Shown here piece after piece: positions 44,956 through 53,634 of a stretch of DNA of 64,000 bases. The DNA comes from Clostridia bacterium (GTDB taxonomy: Bacteria; Bacillota; Clostridia; Christensenellales; QALW01). Position 1 is the first letter of the stretch; every line of letters starts with the position of its first letter. Under the pieces are notes generated by a model, which was given only the letters and a program-made list of their open reading frames with translations, searched no databases and was not told where the DNA came from. Made by a program: the position numbers and the translations under genes. The DNA lies in assembly GCA_045594045.1 (NCBI GenBank), contig JAZNXV010000008.1, positions 6,649 through 70,648 on the forward strand, read 5' to 3'.

Positions 44956-45111
44956 TTATTCCTGGCTAAAGCTATCCTTACCAACGCCGCAAAGTGCGCA
45001 AGCAAAATCTTCAGGCAAATCATCAAACTTGGTGCCGGGAGCAATGCCGCATTCTGCACAGCCTAATTCCTCGTCATAGGTCCAACCGCAAACGTCACAA
45101 ACGTATTTCAT
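44956..45111 (-). CDS. Rubredoxin (51 aa; absent from the supplied ORF track)
   Basis: Manual minus-strand translation: MKYVCDVCGWTYDEELGCAECGIAPGTKFDDLPEDFACALCGVGKDSFSQE. It has the two CxxCG knuckles and conserved W, Y, F, and a GGAG RBS upstream. Confidence 0.85.
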   Translation of the reverse strand: MKYVCDVCGWTYDEELGCAECGIAPGTKFDDLPEDFACALCGVGKDSFSQE

Positions 45112-45137
45112 AATAAAATCTCCTTTAAAAAATAAAT

Positions 45138-45662
45138 TTATTCACCTTCGTACTCTACGATAGATGCAACATCATAGTTCTTTAAAAGCTCTCTGCCCTT
45201 GAGGTCAACCAGCTCAATCAGGCAGATAATTTTTACAACCTCGCCGCCTAAAGCCTCCACCAGCTTAATGCAAGCCTCCATAGTGCCGCCGGTGGCCATC
45301 AAATCGTCGATAATAACAACCTTTTGACCCTTCTTTACAGCGTCAGCATGGATTTCAATTTCGGCTGTGCCGTATTCAAGGGCATAAGAAGCGGAAATAG
45401 TCTTTCTCGGCAGCTTGCCTTTTTTGCGAATAGGCAAAAAGGGCTTGCCAAATTTATAGGCAAGGGGAGCACCAAAAATAAACCCGCGGGATTCAGTGCC
45501 TGCGATAATATCGAAATCCAAATTTTCCAAAAGCTTTGCACTTTCGTCAATAGAAAGCTTAAATCCTTCAGCGTCCTGCAAAATACCCGTTACGTCCCTG
45601 AATAAAATGCCTTTTTTGGGAAAATCGGGAATACTGATAACATAATCTGCAACTGTTTTCAT
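45138..45662 (-). CDS. apt: Adenine phosphoribosyltransferase
   Basis: ORF trimmed to MKTVADY after GAGGGTGA; DFPKKGILFRD and PRPP motif VVIIDDLMATGGT. Confidence 0.9.
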   Translation of the reverse strand: MKTVADYVISIPDFPKKGILFRDVTGILQDAEGFKLSIDESAKLLENLDFDIIAGTESRGFIFGAPLAYKFGKPFLPIRKKGKLPRKTISASYALEYGTAEIEIHADAVKKGQKVVIIDDLMATGGTMEACIKLVEALGGEVVKIICLIELVDLKGRELLKNYDVASIVEYEGE

Positions 45663-45814
45663 TTTCGTCACCCTCACCAACAAATTACATTATGACTATA
45701 CCACATTTAACCGATTTTTTCAACAAAAACTTGCTTGTTGACTAAAAAATTTTTAATGCTATACTTATAATTAGAAGTCAACGCACTGTGCAAATAAAAA
45801 GGGGGATTGCCAAT

Positions 45815-47029
45815 ATGAAAAACGCCAAATATGTTTTAAGTGTGCTTGCAAGCGCAGGCTTTGAAGCATATCTTGTAGGCGGTTGCGTACGTGATCTGCT
45901 TTTAGGCAAAACTCCTTGTGATTTTGATATTGCCACAAATGCTCTGCCCAATGAAATTATTGAAGCTTTTTCCAACCGCAAATTAAATTTAAAGGGCTTA
46001 AAGCACGGAACGGTAAGCGTGATTTTTTCGTCGGAGATGATAGAAATTACCACTTATCGCATAGACGGAAAATATACGGATTCCCGTCACCCTCAAAGCG
46101 TCAGCTTTACGCCCCAGTTAGCCTTGGACCTTGCGCGACGTGATTTTACCGTTAACGCTATGGCTATGTCTGCAAAGGGCGAAATTATTGATTTGCACGG
46201 TGGAAGGGCTGATTTGGAAAACAAGCTTATTCGCACGGTGGGCGCGGCTCAGAAACGCTTTGAAGAGGACGCCCTGCGCATTATGCGCGGACTGCGCTTT
46301 GCTTCTCAAAAGGACTTTTGCTTGGAGCAGGAAACTTTGCTTTGGGCAAATAAGCTTAGCGCAAGCTTAAAGAGCATCTCCTACGAGCGCATTTTTACGG
46401 AGCTTAAAAAAATGCTTGCTCTGCCTAATGCCTATAATGTAATGAAAGAAACTCTGCCGATTTTCACTTCAATTTTTCCTACGCTTAATTTACACCAAGG
46501 TGTATGGCTTGATATTTGTGAAAGCGTAAAAAATTCAAATTGCGATTGCGACCTTGCCCTCGGTGCAATTTTAATGCACGCCGATATGCCTATAGAGCTT
46601 GAACGCCTTAAGGCAGATAACAAGCTAAAGAAAAAGCTTATTACCTTAAAGCAAATGCTTTCCGTGGGCTGTGGCGATTTTTCTTTAAAGGATAATAAAG
46701 CCGCGGCAATTTATTTAAAAAAGCTAATGCAGGAATATTCGCCTGATGCAGTAAGCTTTTTGTCGGCATATTTAGTGTGCACTAAAAAACAGCCGTTATG
46801 CCTTTTAAATATTACGTCCGATGCATTAAACACCTATGTAAGCATAAAAGAGCTTAATATTAACGGTGAGCATTTAAAACAGTTAGGCTTTAGAAGCTAT
46901 AAAATTAAAAAGGCACTTACCGCTGTACTGCAAGCCGTAATTGAAGAAAGGTGCGAAAACACCTTAGAAGCTTTACTTGCTTTTGTGAAAGGTGATAAGG
47001 AAATACAAAGCATAAAGGACCTGCGCTGA
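45815..47029 (+). CDS. cca: CCA-adding tRNA nucleotidyltransferase / poly(A) polymerase family
   Basis: ATG 45815 after AGGGGG; GGCVRDLLLG..DFDIAT head-domain motifs; RDFTVNAM. Confidence 0.8.
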   Translation: MKNAKYVLSVLASAGFEAYLVGGCVRDLLLGKTPCDFDIATNALPNEIIEAFSNRKLNLKGLKHGTVSVIFSSEMIEITTYRIDGKYTDSRHPQSVSFTPQLALDLARRDFTVNAMAMSAKGEIIDLHGGRADLENKLIRTVGAAQKRFEEDALRIMRGLRFASQKDFCLEQETLLWANKLSASLKSISYERIFTELKKMLALPNAYNVMKETLPIFTSIFPTLNLHQGVWLDICESVKNSNCDCDLALGAILMHADMPIELERLKADNKLKKKLITLKQMLSVGCGDFSLKDNKAAAIYLKKLMQEYSPDAVSFLSAYLVCTKKQPLCLLNITSDALNTYVSIKELNINGEHLKQLGFRSYKIKKALTAVLQAVIEERCENTLEALLAFVKGDKEIQSIKDLR

Positions 47030-47100
47030 AGCACCTGCTTTGAAATACGCTAAAGCACTGTTAAAATTCAAGCACCTGAGTTGAAAATACACTAAAGCAC
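47029..47100 (+). repeat. Two copies of a roughly 30-bp motif (AAGCACCTG..TTGAAA(A)TAC(G/A)CTAAAGCAC)
   Basis: Copies at 47029-47058 and 47070-47100; a third copy lies at 48028-48058. Confidence 0.75.
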
Positions 47101-47194
47101 TAATGCAGAAAATGCACCAAAGTGCCTATTAACGCAACCGTAAAATATATTGAAACACTTGCTAAAACAATAACTGTTTGTTTAAAAATAAAAC

Positions 47195-47246
47195 GTGCGC
47201 GTGTACTCAAACGATAAGAGCATAAAACGCGCACGGCTTTTTTATA
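47195..47246 (+). terminator. Probable terminator
   Basis: GTGCGCGT..ACGCGCAC stem followed by GGCTTTTTT. Confidence 0.5.
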
Positions 47247-47313
47247 AATCTAAATAATGATTTGTTTGGTTAATCCTGTAAGACCAATTTTGAATTTGCA
47301 GGGCAGACAGATA

Positions 47314-47877
47314 TTAAAGAGTATTCTGTCCGTTATCTGCCAAAGCATCTTCGGCACTAACGTTATCCTGGGCATCATTCGGGTTTTGTACGTTATAAGC
47401 ATCTGCGTTATAGCGTTGAGCCTTTTTCTCTTTAAATATTTTTGTCAAATAGCTTGCAGAGCCTACAACAGCAAGCACAAGGCTTATAGCAAGGTCGGTG
47501 TAATATTCGGGAACGTCAGCAAGAAATTCGTATGAAAAGGTAATGCAATCAAAGAAGGAGGGTACTGAATCAATCAAGCCTTCCTGCTGCCAAGCGATAC
47601 ATGCGTTATAAACGTCCTGAGTAAGACAGATGTACCATGCGGCAATTAAAGTAAGCGCCGCCATAACGATAGAAATAACAACACCCTTAGAGCTTATGCT
47701 CTTGGCGAAAAATTCGTAACCCTTAATTGCGCAAACAACGCCTATAAGACCGCTTATGCCTGCAATAAAGCCAACCTGATAAATTAAATAATAAGCCACG
47801 CCGCCAACTAAAGAAAATAAAAATGCACCTATTATACCGAAAAGTATATTTTCCTTTTGTACCGTATTGTTTTCCAT
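47314..47877 (-). CDS. Hypothetical membrane protein (4 TM) with an acidic/Asn-rich C-terminal tail
   Basis: 187 aa, AGGAGG RBS, four hydrophobic helices; no family recognised. Confidence 0.65.
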   Translation of the reverse strand: MENNTVQKENILFGIIGAFLFSLVGGVAYYLIYQVGFIAGISGLIGVVCAIKGYEFFAKSISSKGVVISIVMAALTLIAAWYICLTQDVYNACIAWQQEGLIDSVPSFFDCITFSYEFLADVPEYYTDLAISLVLAVVGSASYLTKIFKEKKAQRYNADAYNVQNPNDAQDNVSAEDALADNGQNTL

Positions 47878-48027
47878 TTTTTTGCCTCCTTTGATAATAG
47901 TTTACAATATTTTTATACCATATAAGAAAAAATAAGTCAATATTAAATATAGTTGCAAAGGAATTTTTTATATACAGAATTTATAATCGCAAGCTTATTT
48001 GTATGTCTGTTAGATTTTTTAAATATA

Positions 48028-48058
48028 AAGCACTTACTTTGAAAATACGCTAAAGTAC
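48028..48058 (+). repeat. Third copy of the 30-bp AAGCAC..GAAAATACGCTAAAG motif
   Basis: AAGCACTTACTTTGAAAATACGCTAAAGTAC. Together with 47029-47100 it brackets the 47314..47877 gene. Confidence 0.75.
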
Positions 48059-48115
48059 CATAAAACTAAAGCATCCGCTAAAGAAAATTGCCGAAAATGC
48101 GAAAGCGTTGGTAAA

Positions 48116-48144
48116 TTGACAAAATACAGACACAATGTTAAAAT
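48116..48144 (+). promoter_or_regulatory. Sigma-A type promoter
   Basis: TTGACA, 17-nt spacer, TAAAAT, with TGT extended -10. Confidence 0.6.
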
Positions 48145-48198
48145 AAAATGCAGAGATATAATCAACGCAGTTAAAAAACACCAAGAAGGTACACAAAA

Positions 48199-48654
48199 AT
48201 GAGTGTGGAAAAAGCAAAGGAATTATTTTTAGAAGGATATAATTGCAGTCAGGCTGTTGTAGGAGCGTTTTGTCAAGACGTTGGTCTTGATTTTGCTACT
48301 GCAATACGTCTTGCATCTTCCTTCGGTGGCGGAATGGGCAGAATGCGCGAGGTTTGCGGTGCAGTCAGCGGCATTTTTATGCTTGCGGGGTTAAAATACG
48401 GCTACACGTCACCTACGGATTCAAAGGCGAAGGCACAGCATTATAAGCTTATTCAAAGCATAGCCGCGGCGTTTAAGGAGCAGGCGGGTAGTATAATCTG
48501 CCGGGAGCTTTTAAATGAAAAAAAGAGCGCAGTTACTCACGTGCCAAGCGATCGCACCGAAGCGTACTACAAGGAGAGACCGTGCGTAAGAATGGTGGTG
48601 CTTGCCGCTGAAATAGCTCAAAGGGTTTTGCAGGGAGAATTTGAAACAGAGTAA
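48199..48654 (+). CDS. C_GCAxxG_C_C family redox-active protein
   Basis: GYNCSQAV and VCGAVSG signatures, plus a C-terminal Cys. Confidence 0.75.
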   Translation: MSVEKAKELFLEGYNCSQAVVGAFCQDVGLDFATAIRLASSFGGGMGRMREVCGAVSGIFMLAGLKYGYTSPTDSKAKAQHYKLIQSIAAAFKEQAGSIICRELLNEKKSAVTHVPSDRTEAYYKERPCVRMVVLAAEIAQRVLQGEFETE

Positions 48655-48846
48655 TGGCTTGTATCAGGCATTATGGCATAAAAACGCAAAAATTCATTCA
48701 AACAATCATTTGCACTTGATTTTTGTGTCAAAGGGTGCTATACTTGTACTGTGCTTAATTTACGGAGATTTGAGAGTAATACAGGTACAGCTTTTTTAGG
48801 GATAGTTGTATTTGTGTTGCTCTTTTATATTTTTAGGAGAAAAGCA

Positions 48847-49878
48847 ATGTATCAAAAGTTTATTGAAGCGGAATCTGAAAAAAGCGGTCACGTTCAAGGT
48901 ATTGCTATTGATAATAAGCGCGAGTTCGTTTATTGCTCCTTCACCACAAGGTTGTTGAAGCTGGATATGCAGGGTAATTTGGTAGGCTCTGTCGAAGGCT
49001 TGGTGGGGCACCTTGGGTGCCTTGCCTACAATAAGGAAAACGGTAAGGTCTACGGCTCGTTGGAGTTCAAAAACGATATTATCGGTGCTGATATTATAAA
49101 GTCCAGGGGCTGTGATTTTGAGGTTAAGGACGCCTTTTATATGGCGATTTTTGACGTAGAAAAAATTGACCGACTGAATATGGACGCTGAAAAGGACGGC
49201 GTTATGAAAACGGTGTATTTGCAGGACGTGGTTGCCGACTATACAAAAAAGGGTCACAAATACGGCTGCAGCGGCATAGATGGCACAACGATAGCCCCCG
49301 ATATTGAAAAGCAAACAGACTCTGCCTGTCTTTACGTTGCCTACGGAATTTATTCTGAGCTTGAACGCCAGGATAATGACTATCAGGTTATTTTAAAGTA
49401 TGACTTAACCGATTTCGAAAGCTATGCCAAGCCCTTATCGCAGAGAAATATGCATACTTCAGGGCCTGAAAAATATACCGAAAAATATTTCGTATATACG
49501 GGCAATACAAATTTCGGAATTCAGAATTTGGAATACGACGACTACATAAACGGCTTTATTGTAGCCGTGTATCCTGGATATAAAAAGCAGTTTAAGAACT
49601 TTCCTATGTTTTTAATTGACGCTTCAAAAGCGCCTCAAGTGCAACAGCTTAAGGGGCTTGACGAGCAGGGTAAGGTTTTATCATTGATGCAAATGGGCGA
49701 GCTTGACGAATCAAACAACGTTTACGGCTTCAGGTTTCCCCTTGGCGCAACGGGCATTTCGTCTTTGGGCGACGGGCTTTACTATTTTGCCCGCGATACG
49801 CGCAATAACGGTGTGTTCGGCGTAGAAATCCGTCTTTATAAGTGGAACGGCACAGAGCCCTTTGTGCTTGTGGATTAA
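48847..49878 (+). CDS. Hypothetical protein (possibly a beta-rich repeat fold)
   Basis: ORF trimmed to ATG 48847 after AGGAG; SGHVQGIAID, NGKVYGS, DGLYYFA motifs; family not recognised. Confidence 0.6.
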   Translation: MYQKFIEAESEKSGHVQGIAIDNKREFVYCSFTTRLLKLDMQGNLVGSVEGLVGHLGCLAYNKENGKVYGSLEFKNDIIGADIIKSRGCDFEVKDAFYMAIFDVEKIDRLNMDAEKDGVMKTVYLQDVVADYTKKGHKYGCSGIDGTTIAPDIEKQTDSACLYVAYGIYSELERQDNDYQVILKYDLTDFESYAKPLSQRNMHTSGPEKYTEKYFVYTGNTNFGIQNLEYDDYINGFIVAVYPGYKKQFKNFPMFLIDASKAPQVQQLKGLDEQGKVLSLMQMGELDESNNVYGFRFPLGATGISSLGDGLYYFARDTRNNGVFGVEIRLYKWNGTEPFVLVD

Positions 49879-49904
49879 ATTTTATTTTATGATTGGAGAA
49901 GAAA

Positions 49905-51077
49905 ATGTATAAGTTAGAATGCTCTTGCGGTAAAGAACATAAAGCACCCCTTGAAAAATTTGTTTTAGGCAGCGGCGTAATCCAGCAGCTTCCTGAGGTG
50001 TTAAAGAATTTCAAAAATATTTATATGGTATGCGACGAAGATACCTATGCCGTTTTAGGTGAAAAAGTTGAAAAGATTTTAACTGCTTCAGGGCAGTTTT
50101 CTCACAAACTTGTATTAAAAAAGCACCCTTTGCCCGATTATGAAACTATCGGCAATATTTTAGTGCATCTTAACAATCCTAAGGCAGAGGCTGATACCTT
50201 TAAATTCTCTTGGCAGCCCGACTTAATTTTAGGCGTTGGTTCGGGCACTATAAACGATTCCTGCCGCCTTGTATCCTTCCGTTTGGGCTTGCCCTATGCC
50301 ATTTGCGCAACGGCGCCTTCTATGGATGGCTATGCTTCGGCAGGCTCTCCTATTCTGTACGACAACATAAAGGGCACAATTAAATGCACCACACCGAGAT
50401 ATATTATTGCCGATATTGATATTATTAAGGAAGCGCCCTTTGAAATGCTCCTTGCGGGTATAGGCGATATGTTCGGCAAGTACACTGGTATTCTTGATTG
50501 GGAGCTTGCCCGTGATTACGCTAATGAATATTTTTGCGACCAAATTGCTGAAAACGTTATTGATGCAACTAATTCCTGCCTTGAAAACGGCTATAAGCTT
50601 GAAGCGCGAGATGCTCAAACAGTTTATAACGTTATGAACGGCTTTATGGTAACGGGCTTAGGTATGGCGTACACCAACAACTCTCGCCCCGCATCAGGCT
50701 CGGAGCATATTATCGGTCACGCTTGGGAGCTTTATGACGTTGAAAACGGCTTAACACCTCACCTGCACGGCTTGGAGGTTTGCCAGGCAACAAGAATAGT
50801 AATTCATATGTACCGCCGTCTTTTGCGCGAAACAAACGATGCGCATTTAAAGGAATTGATTACAAAGTATCTTCCTTATTTTGACGCCGTAGAAGAATTC
50901 TGCGTTAAGATGAATATGCCCTGCGTTACTCTGGATCGCGACCAAATTTTAAAGGGCATTCACAAAGGACTTATCTTGCGCGACAGATACACAATTCTTT
51001 TCTACCTGCGCGACAGAAATCTGTTTGAAGATTACGCCGAATACGCCACAGACGAATTTTTGAAAAGTGTAAAATAA
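49905..51077 (+). CDS. Iron-containing alcohol dehydrogenase superfamily, glycerol-1-phosphate dehydrogenase (AraM/EgsA)-like
   Basis: ATG 49905 after GGAGAAG; GVGSGTINDSCR, GIGDMFGK, SGSEHIIGH motifs. Confidence 0.6.
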   Translation: MYKLECSCGKEHKAPLEKFVLGSGVIQQLPEVLKNFKNIYMVCDEDTYAVLGEKVEKILTASGQFSHKLVLKKHPLPDYETIGNILVHLNNPKAEADTFKFSWQPDLILGVGSGTINDSCRLVSFRLGLPYAICATAPSMDGYASAGSPILYDNIKGTIKCTTPRYIIADIDIIKEAPFEMLLAGIGDMFGKYTGILDWELARDYANEYFCDQIAENVIDATNSCLENGYKLEARDAQTVYNVMNGFMVTGLGMAYTNNSRPASGSEHIIGHAWELYDVENGLTPHLHGLEVCQATRIVIHMYRRLLRETNDAHLKELITKYLPYFDAVEEFCVKMNMPCVTLDRDQILKGIHKGLILRDRYTILFYLRDRNLFEDYAEYATDEFLKSVK

Positions 51078-51095
51078 TTAAAAGTTTTAAAGAGC

Positions 51096-51132
51096 AAAAA
51101 ACAACCTGTCAATTTTGACAGGTTGTTTTTTG
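51096..51132. terminator. Bidirectional terminator
   Basis: AAAAAACAACCTGTCAA-TT-TTGACAGGTTGTTTTTT, a 17-bp perfect palindrome. Confidence 0.85.
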
Positions 51133-51357
51133 TTAATCGTATATACAATCCCAACAATAAGTGCCAAAGCCACTATGATATCTTTTGCAACCGGGGCATT
51201 TTTTTGAGTAACTTCCGCCTGAAGAATTCTTGTGATAAGAACAGTAGCCGTTTGAACTTGCAGGCTCCATACAATCTTTATAATTACAATAATTAGTACA
51301 AGAACAAAGCGAAATCATTACGATAATTATTAAACCCAATACAATTAATTTTTTCAT
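51133..51357 (-). CDS. Small Cys-rich lipoprotein
   Basis: 74 aa; signal peptide plus lipobox (ISLCSC); mature part has 9 Cys including CPGC and CWDC pairs. Confidence 0.6.
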   Translation of the reverse strand: MKKLIVLGLIIIVMISLCSCTNYCNYKDCMEPASSNGYCSYHKNSSGGSYSKKCPGCKRYHSGFGTYCWDCIYD

Positions 51358-51387
51358 TGTGTGTATGTTCCTTTCTTTGATTAATAG

Positions 51388-51876
51388 TTATTCATTTAAA
51401 AATTTAACTGCAGTTCCATACATTTGCAAATAAAAATATGCAAACGCATCTGTATCCATATCAATATCTTGACGCATACATATTATAGCGTCTGCGCCTA
51501 CTAATTTGGCACGTTCTTTTAATTCTTCGGTAGCAATATAGAAAGCTTTTTCAAAATCACTTTGACCAACCGACCATTCGCCATACAAGAATCCCCAATC
51601 CGTTCGATCTTGCGACATTGTCCCTTTGTTTTTCATTTCTGCAATTTTTGCTTGATATTTTGCTATATACTTACTAAGTGCACTGGAAAAAAGCCCTTTG
51701 TTTGATACTTGAAAATACACAGGACCTAAAATCTGATAGGGGCGCGATGTAATATCACCGGTAGTTACGATAATATTTTTATTTTCTGCGAATTGTGCTT
51801 TTATTTCATTTCCGCATTTAGTGCAAAATTTTATGCCATCGTTTACTGATGCGCCACAAACCGTACAAAAATTCAT
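51388..51876 (-). CDS. Zinc-ribbon domain fused to a YbjQ/DUF74 domain
   Basis: ORF trimmed to MNFCTVCG..KFCTKCG after AGGAGG; C-terminal YbjQ-like domain (GADAIICMRQD...YGTAVKF). Confidence 0.7.
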   Translation of the reverse strand: MNFCTVCGASVNDGIKFCTKCGNEIKAQFAENKNIIVTTGDITSRPYQILGPVYFQVSNKGLFSSALSKYIAKYQAKIAEMKNKGTMSQDRTDWGFLYGEWSVGQSDFEKAFYIATEELKERAKLVGADAIICMRQDIDMDTDAFAYFYLQMYGTAVKFLNE

Positions 51877-51886
51877 AAAATACCTC

Positions 51887-52237
51887 CTATGAAAGCATTG
51901 CAATACCAATAAGCGAACTAATAATACTCAACACTTCGCCAATACAAGAAAGTATTAAACCGGTAGGCTTCCGCTTGTTGTTTATATCTGAAAAACCATA
52001 GCAAATACCGATTATTGAAGTTATATGCCCAACTAATGCAAAAAGTAATGAAGATATAATTCCAATTACGCCTAAAATTATCGAAGCACGAGAAGCTTCT
52101 TCTTGTACTTGCGCGTTGTTAATGTTGTTATTGTTGTTGGTATAATAGGTTCTTTGGTTTGTTTCCGAATAACCGCACTTTGTGCAAGTTGTAGCCGAGT
52201 CTTCCATTTGATTACCGCAGTTTCCGCAAAATTTCAT
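51887..52237 (-). CDS. Zinc-ribbon membrane protein
   Basis: ORF trimmed to MKFCGNCG..TCTKCG after GGAGG; poly-Asn linker; two TM helices. Confidence 0.7.
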   Translation of the reverse strand: MKFCGNCGNQMEDSATTCTKCGYSETNQRTYYTNNNNNINNAQVQEEASRASIILGVIGIISSLLFALVGHITSIIGICYGFSDINNKRKPTGLILSCIGEVLSIISSLIGIAMLS

Positions 52238-52265
52238 AAAATCCTCCAAATTTTTCAAAAAAATT

Positions 52266-52311
52266 AATTCCAAAACGGAATTTTAATTCATTATAATTCC
52301 ATTTTGGAATT
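52266..52311. promoter_or_regulatory. Two 17-bp palindromic operator candidates in a divergent promoter region
   Basis: AATTCCAAAACGGAATT (52266-52282) and AATTCCATTTTGGAATT (52295-52311). Arms AATTCC/GGAATT are perfect in both. Confidence 0.6.
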
Positions 52312-52376
52312 ATGTCAAGACTTTTTGCAAATATAATTTATATAAGTATTTATTTGTCTCAATAAGGAGCATAATA

Positions 52377-52625
52377 ATGAAAATACGGAAAAAAGTTTAC
52401 GGTAGCGCTAATATTGTGGGAAAAAACATAGAAAGACTGCGAAAACAAAAAGGAATTAAGCAAAAAGATTTTATTGCACAGATTCAGGTTATGGGCTGCG
52501 ATATGAATCCTACAAGTTATTCAAAATTAGAAGGACAAATCAGAGCAGCTACCGACAAAGAAATTTTTGTAATTGCTAAAATTTTAGAAGTAAAAATGGA
52601 AGATTTGTTTGGCGACGAGTTTTAG
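52377..52625 (+). CDS. XRE family helix-turn-helix transcriptional regulator
   Basis: 82 aa; HTH_3-like core IERLRKQKGIKQKDFIAQI; AAGGAG RBS. Confidence 0.8.
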   Translation: MKIRKKVYGSANIVGKNIERLRKQKGIKQKDFIAQIQVMGCDMNPTSYSKLEGQIRAATDKEIFVIAKILEVKMEDLFGDEF

Positions 52626-52639
52626 TTTTTAAAAATAGA

Positions 52640-52692
52640 AAAACAGACAATATATGATAAATGCATCATATATTGTCTGTTTTGTTTTTTAT
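52640..52692. terminator. Bidirectional terminator
   Basis: AAACAGACAATATATGAT-AAATGC-ATCATATATTGTCTGTTT, an 18-bp stem flanked by A/T runs. Confidence 0.85.
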
Positions 52693-52695
52693 TTT

Positions 52696-53634
52696 TTATA
52701 TCCCATCCATTATATGCATATTGCGTAGTTTAACGTCGCGTATGCTGTTTTGCAGAGAGTAGGCGCAAGCTTCTATGCCCACCGCACCGCCGTCACACAA
52801 GCCTTGGCGTTTAATTTCTTCGGCAATAACGGTGCAAATTTGCTCAATGCTCTCTTGCTTTGCCTTTGCTTCTATTTCGGTGTTGCCAAGCTCGGTTAAA
52901 GCCACCAATGAAGTTTCAAGCTCTGATAGCACCTTAAAAGAGCGCATACCCTTATATGCCCACTTATAAAACGGCTCGTAGGCGTTGTTTAATAAGTATA
53001 TAGCCGAAACAGCGTGTTTTACAAATTCAAAAATTGCAAGCTGTGCCGCGCCCCTTTCGCCGCGGGCAACACAGCGCCCGTAGTTATACAAGCCTGCTTG
53101 TGCCATAAATGCACAACAAGCCCCGAGCTTTTTAAGGCGTACGTCTGTAGGATACCCCTTTGAAAGCTCCTGACGTATAGCGGAAAACTCACCCAAGCCG
53201 TCATAAAAAACGTCACCGTTACAGGCACAAGCAAGGGCGCTTGAGGGAAGATACAACCACTGTTCTAAACTTTGGGGGGCTGTGGGGGTGCCTAAAAATT
53301 TAAGGTAAAAATCGCCAATGGTCATAACACCGTGCCTGTTTCCGCCTACGGCAGAAAGTTTTTGGGCAGAAAAGCCTTCAAACTCTTTGGGAAGTTTGGC
53401 ATAAAGCTTTTCTAATTTAAAACCGAATTTTTCATAGTCTTCCTTTGTAAGCCACAGGCAAAAGGCGGGTTCAAAATCGTGGTCGGTGGAAAGTTCATCG
53501 TCAAAGCCAAAACATTCGGAGCCTTCGCCCGCTAACCCTATGGCAAGCCGATTAAAAGCTTCGCCCAACTCCTGCTCAAAAATATCCTTTGCGCAAGTTA
53601 AATAATATTTTTTAGAAAGTTCAAGTCCCTTCAT
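52696..53634 (-). CDS. DUF4037 protein with an N-terminal Pol-beta-type nucleotidyltransferase motif
   Basis: 312 aa; GLAGEGSECFGFDDELSTDHD (GS..D.D NTase signature); helical C-terminal region. Confidence 0.6.
   Translation of the reverse strand: MKGLELSKKYYLTCAKDIFEQELGEAFNRLAIGLAGEGSECFGFDDELSTDHDFEPAFCLWLTKEDYEKFGFKLEKLYAKLPKEFEGFSAQKLSAVGGNRHGVMTIGDFYLKFLGTPTAPQSLEQWLYLPSSALACACNGDVFYDGLGEFSAIRQELSKGYPTDVRLKKLGACCAFMAQAGLYNYGRCVARGERGAAQLAIFEFVKHAVSAIYLLNNAYEPFYKWAYKGMRSFKVLSELETSLVALTELGNTEIEAKAKQESIEQICTVIAEEIKRQGLCDGGAVGIEACAYSLQNSIRDVKLRNMHIMDGI

Noticed and set aside
48796-49314. 172-aa minus-strand ORF
   Set aside because: It is antisense to the 48847..49878 gene, which has an AGGAG RBS and a coherent sequence. 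The antisense ORF has no RBS.
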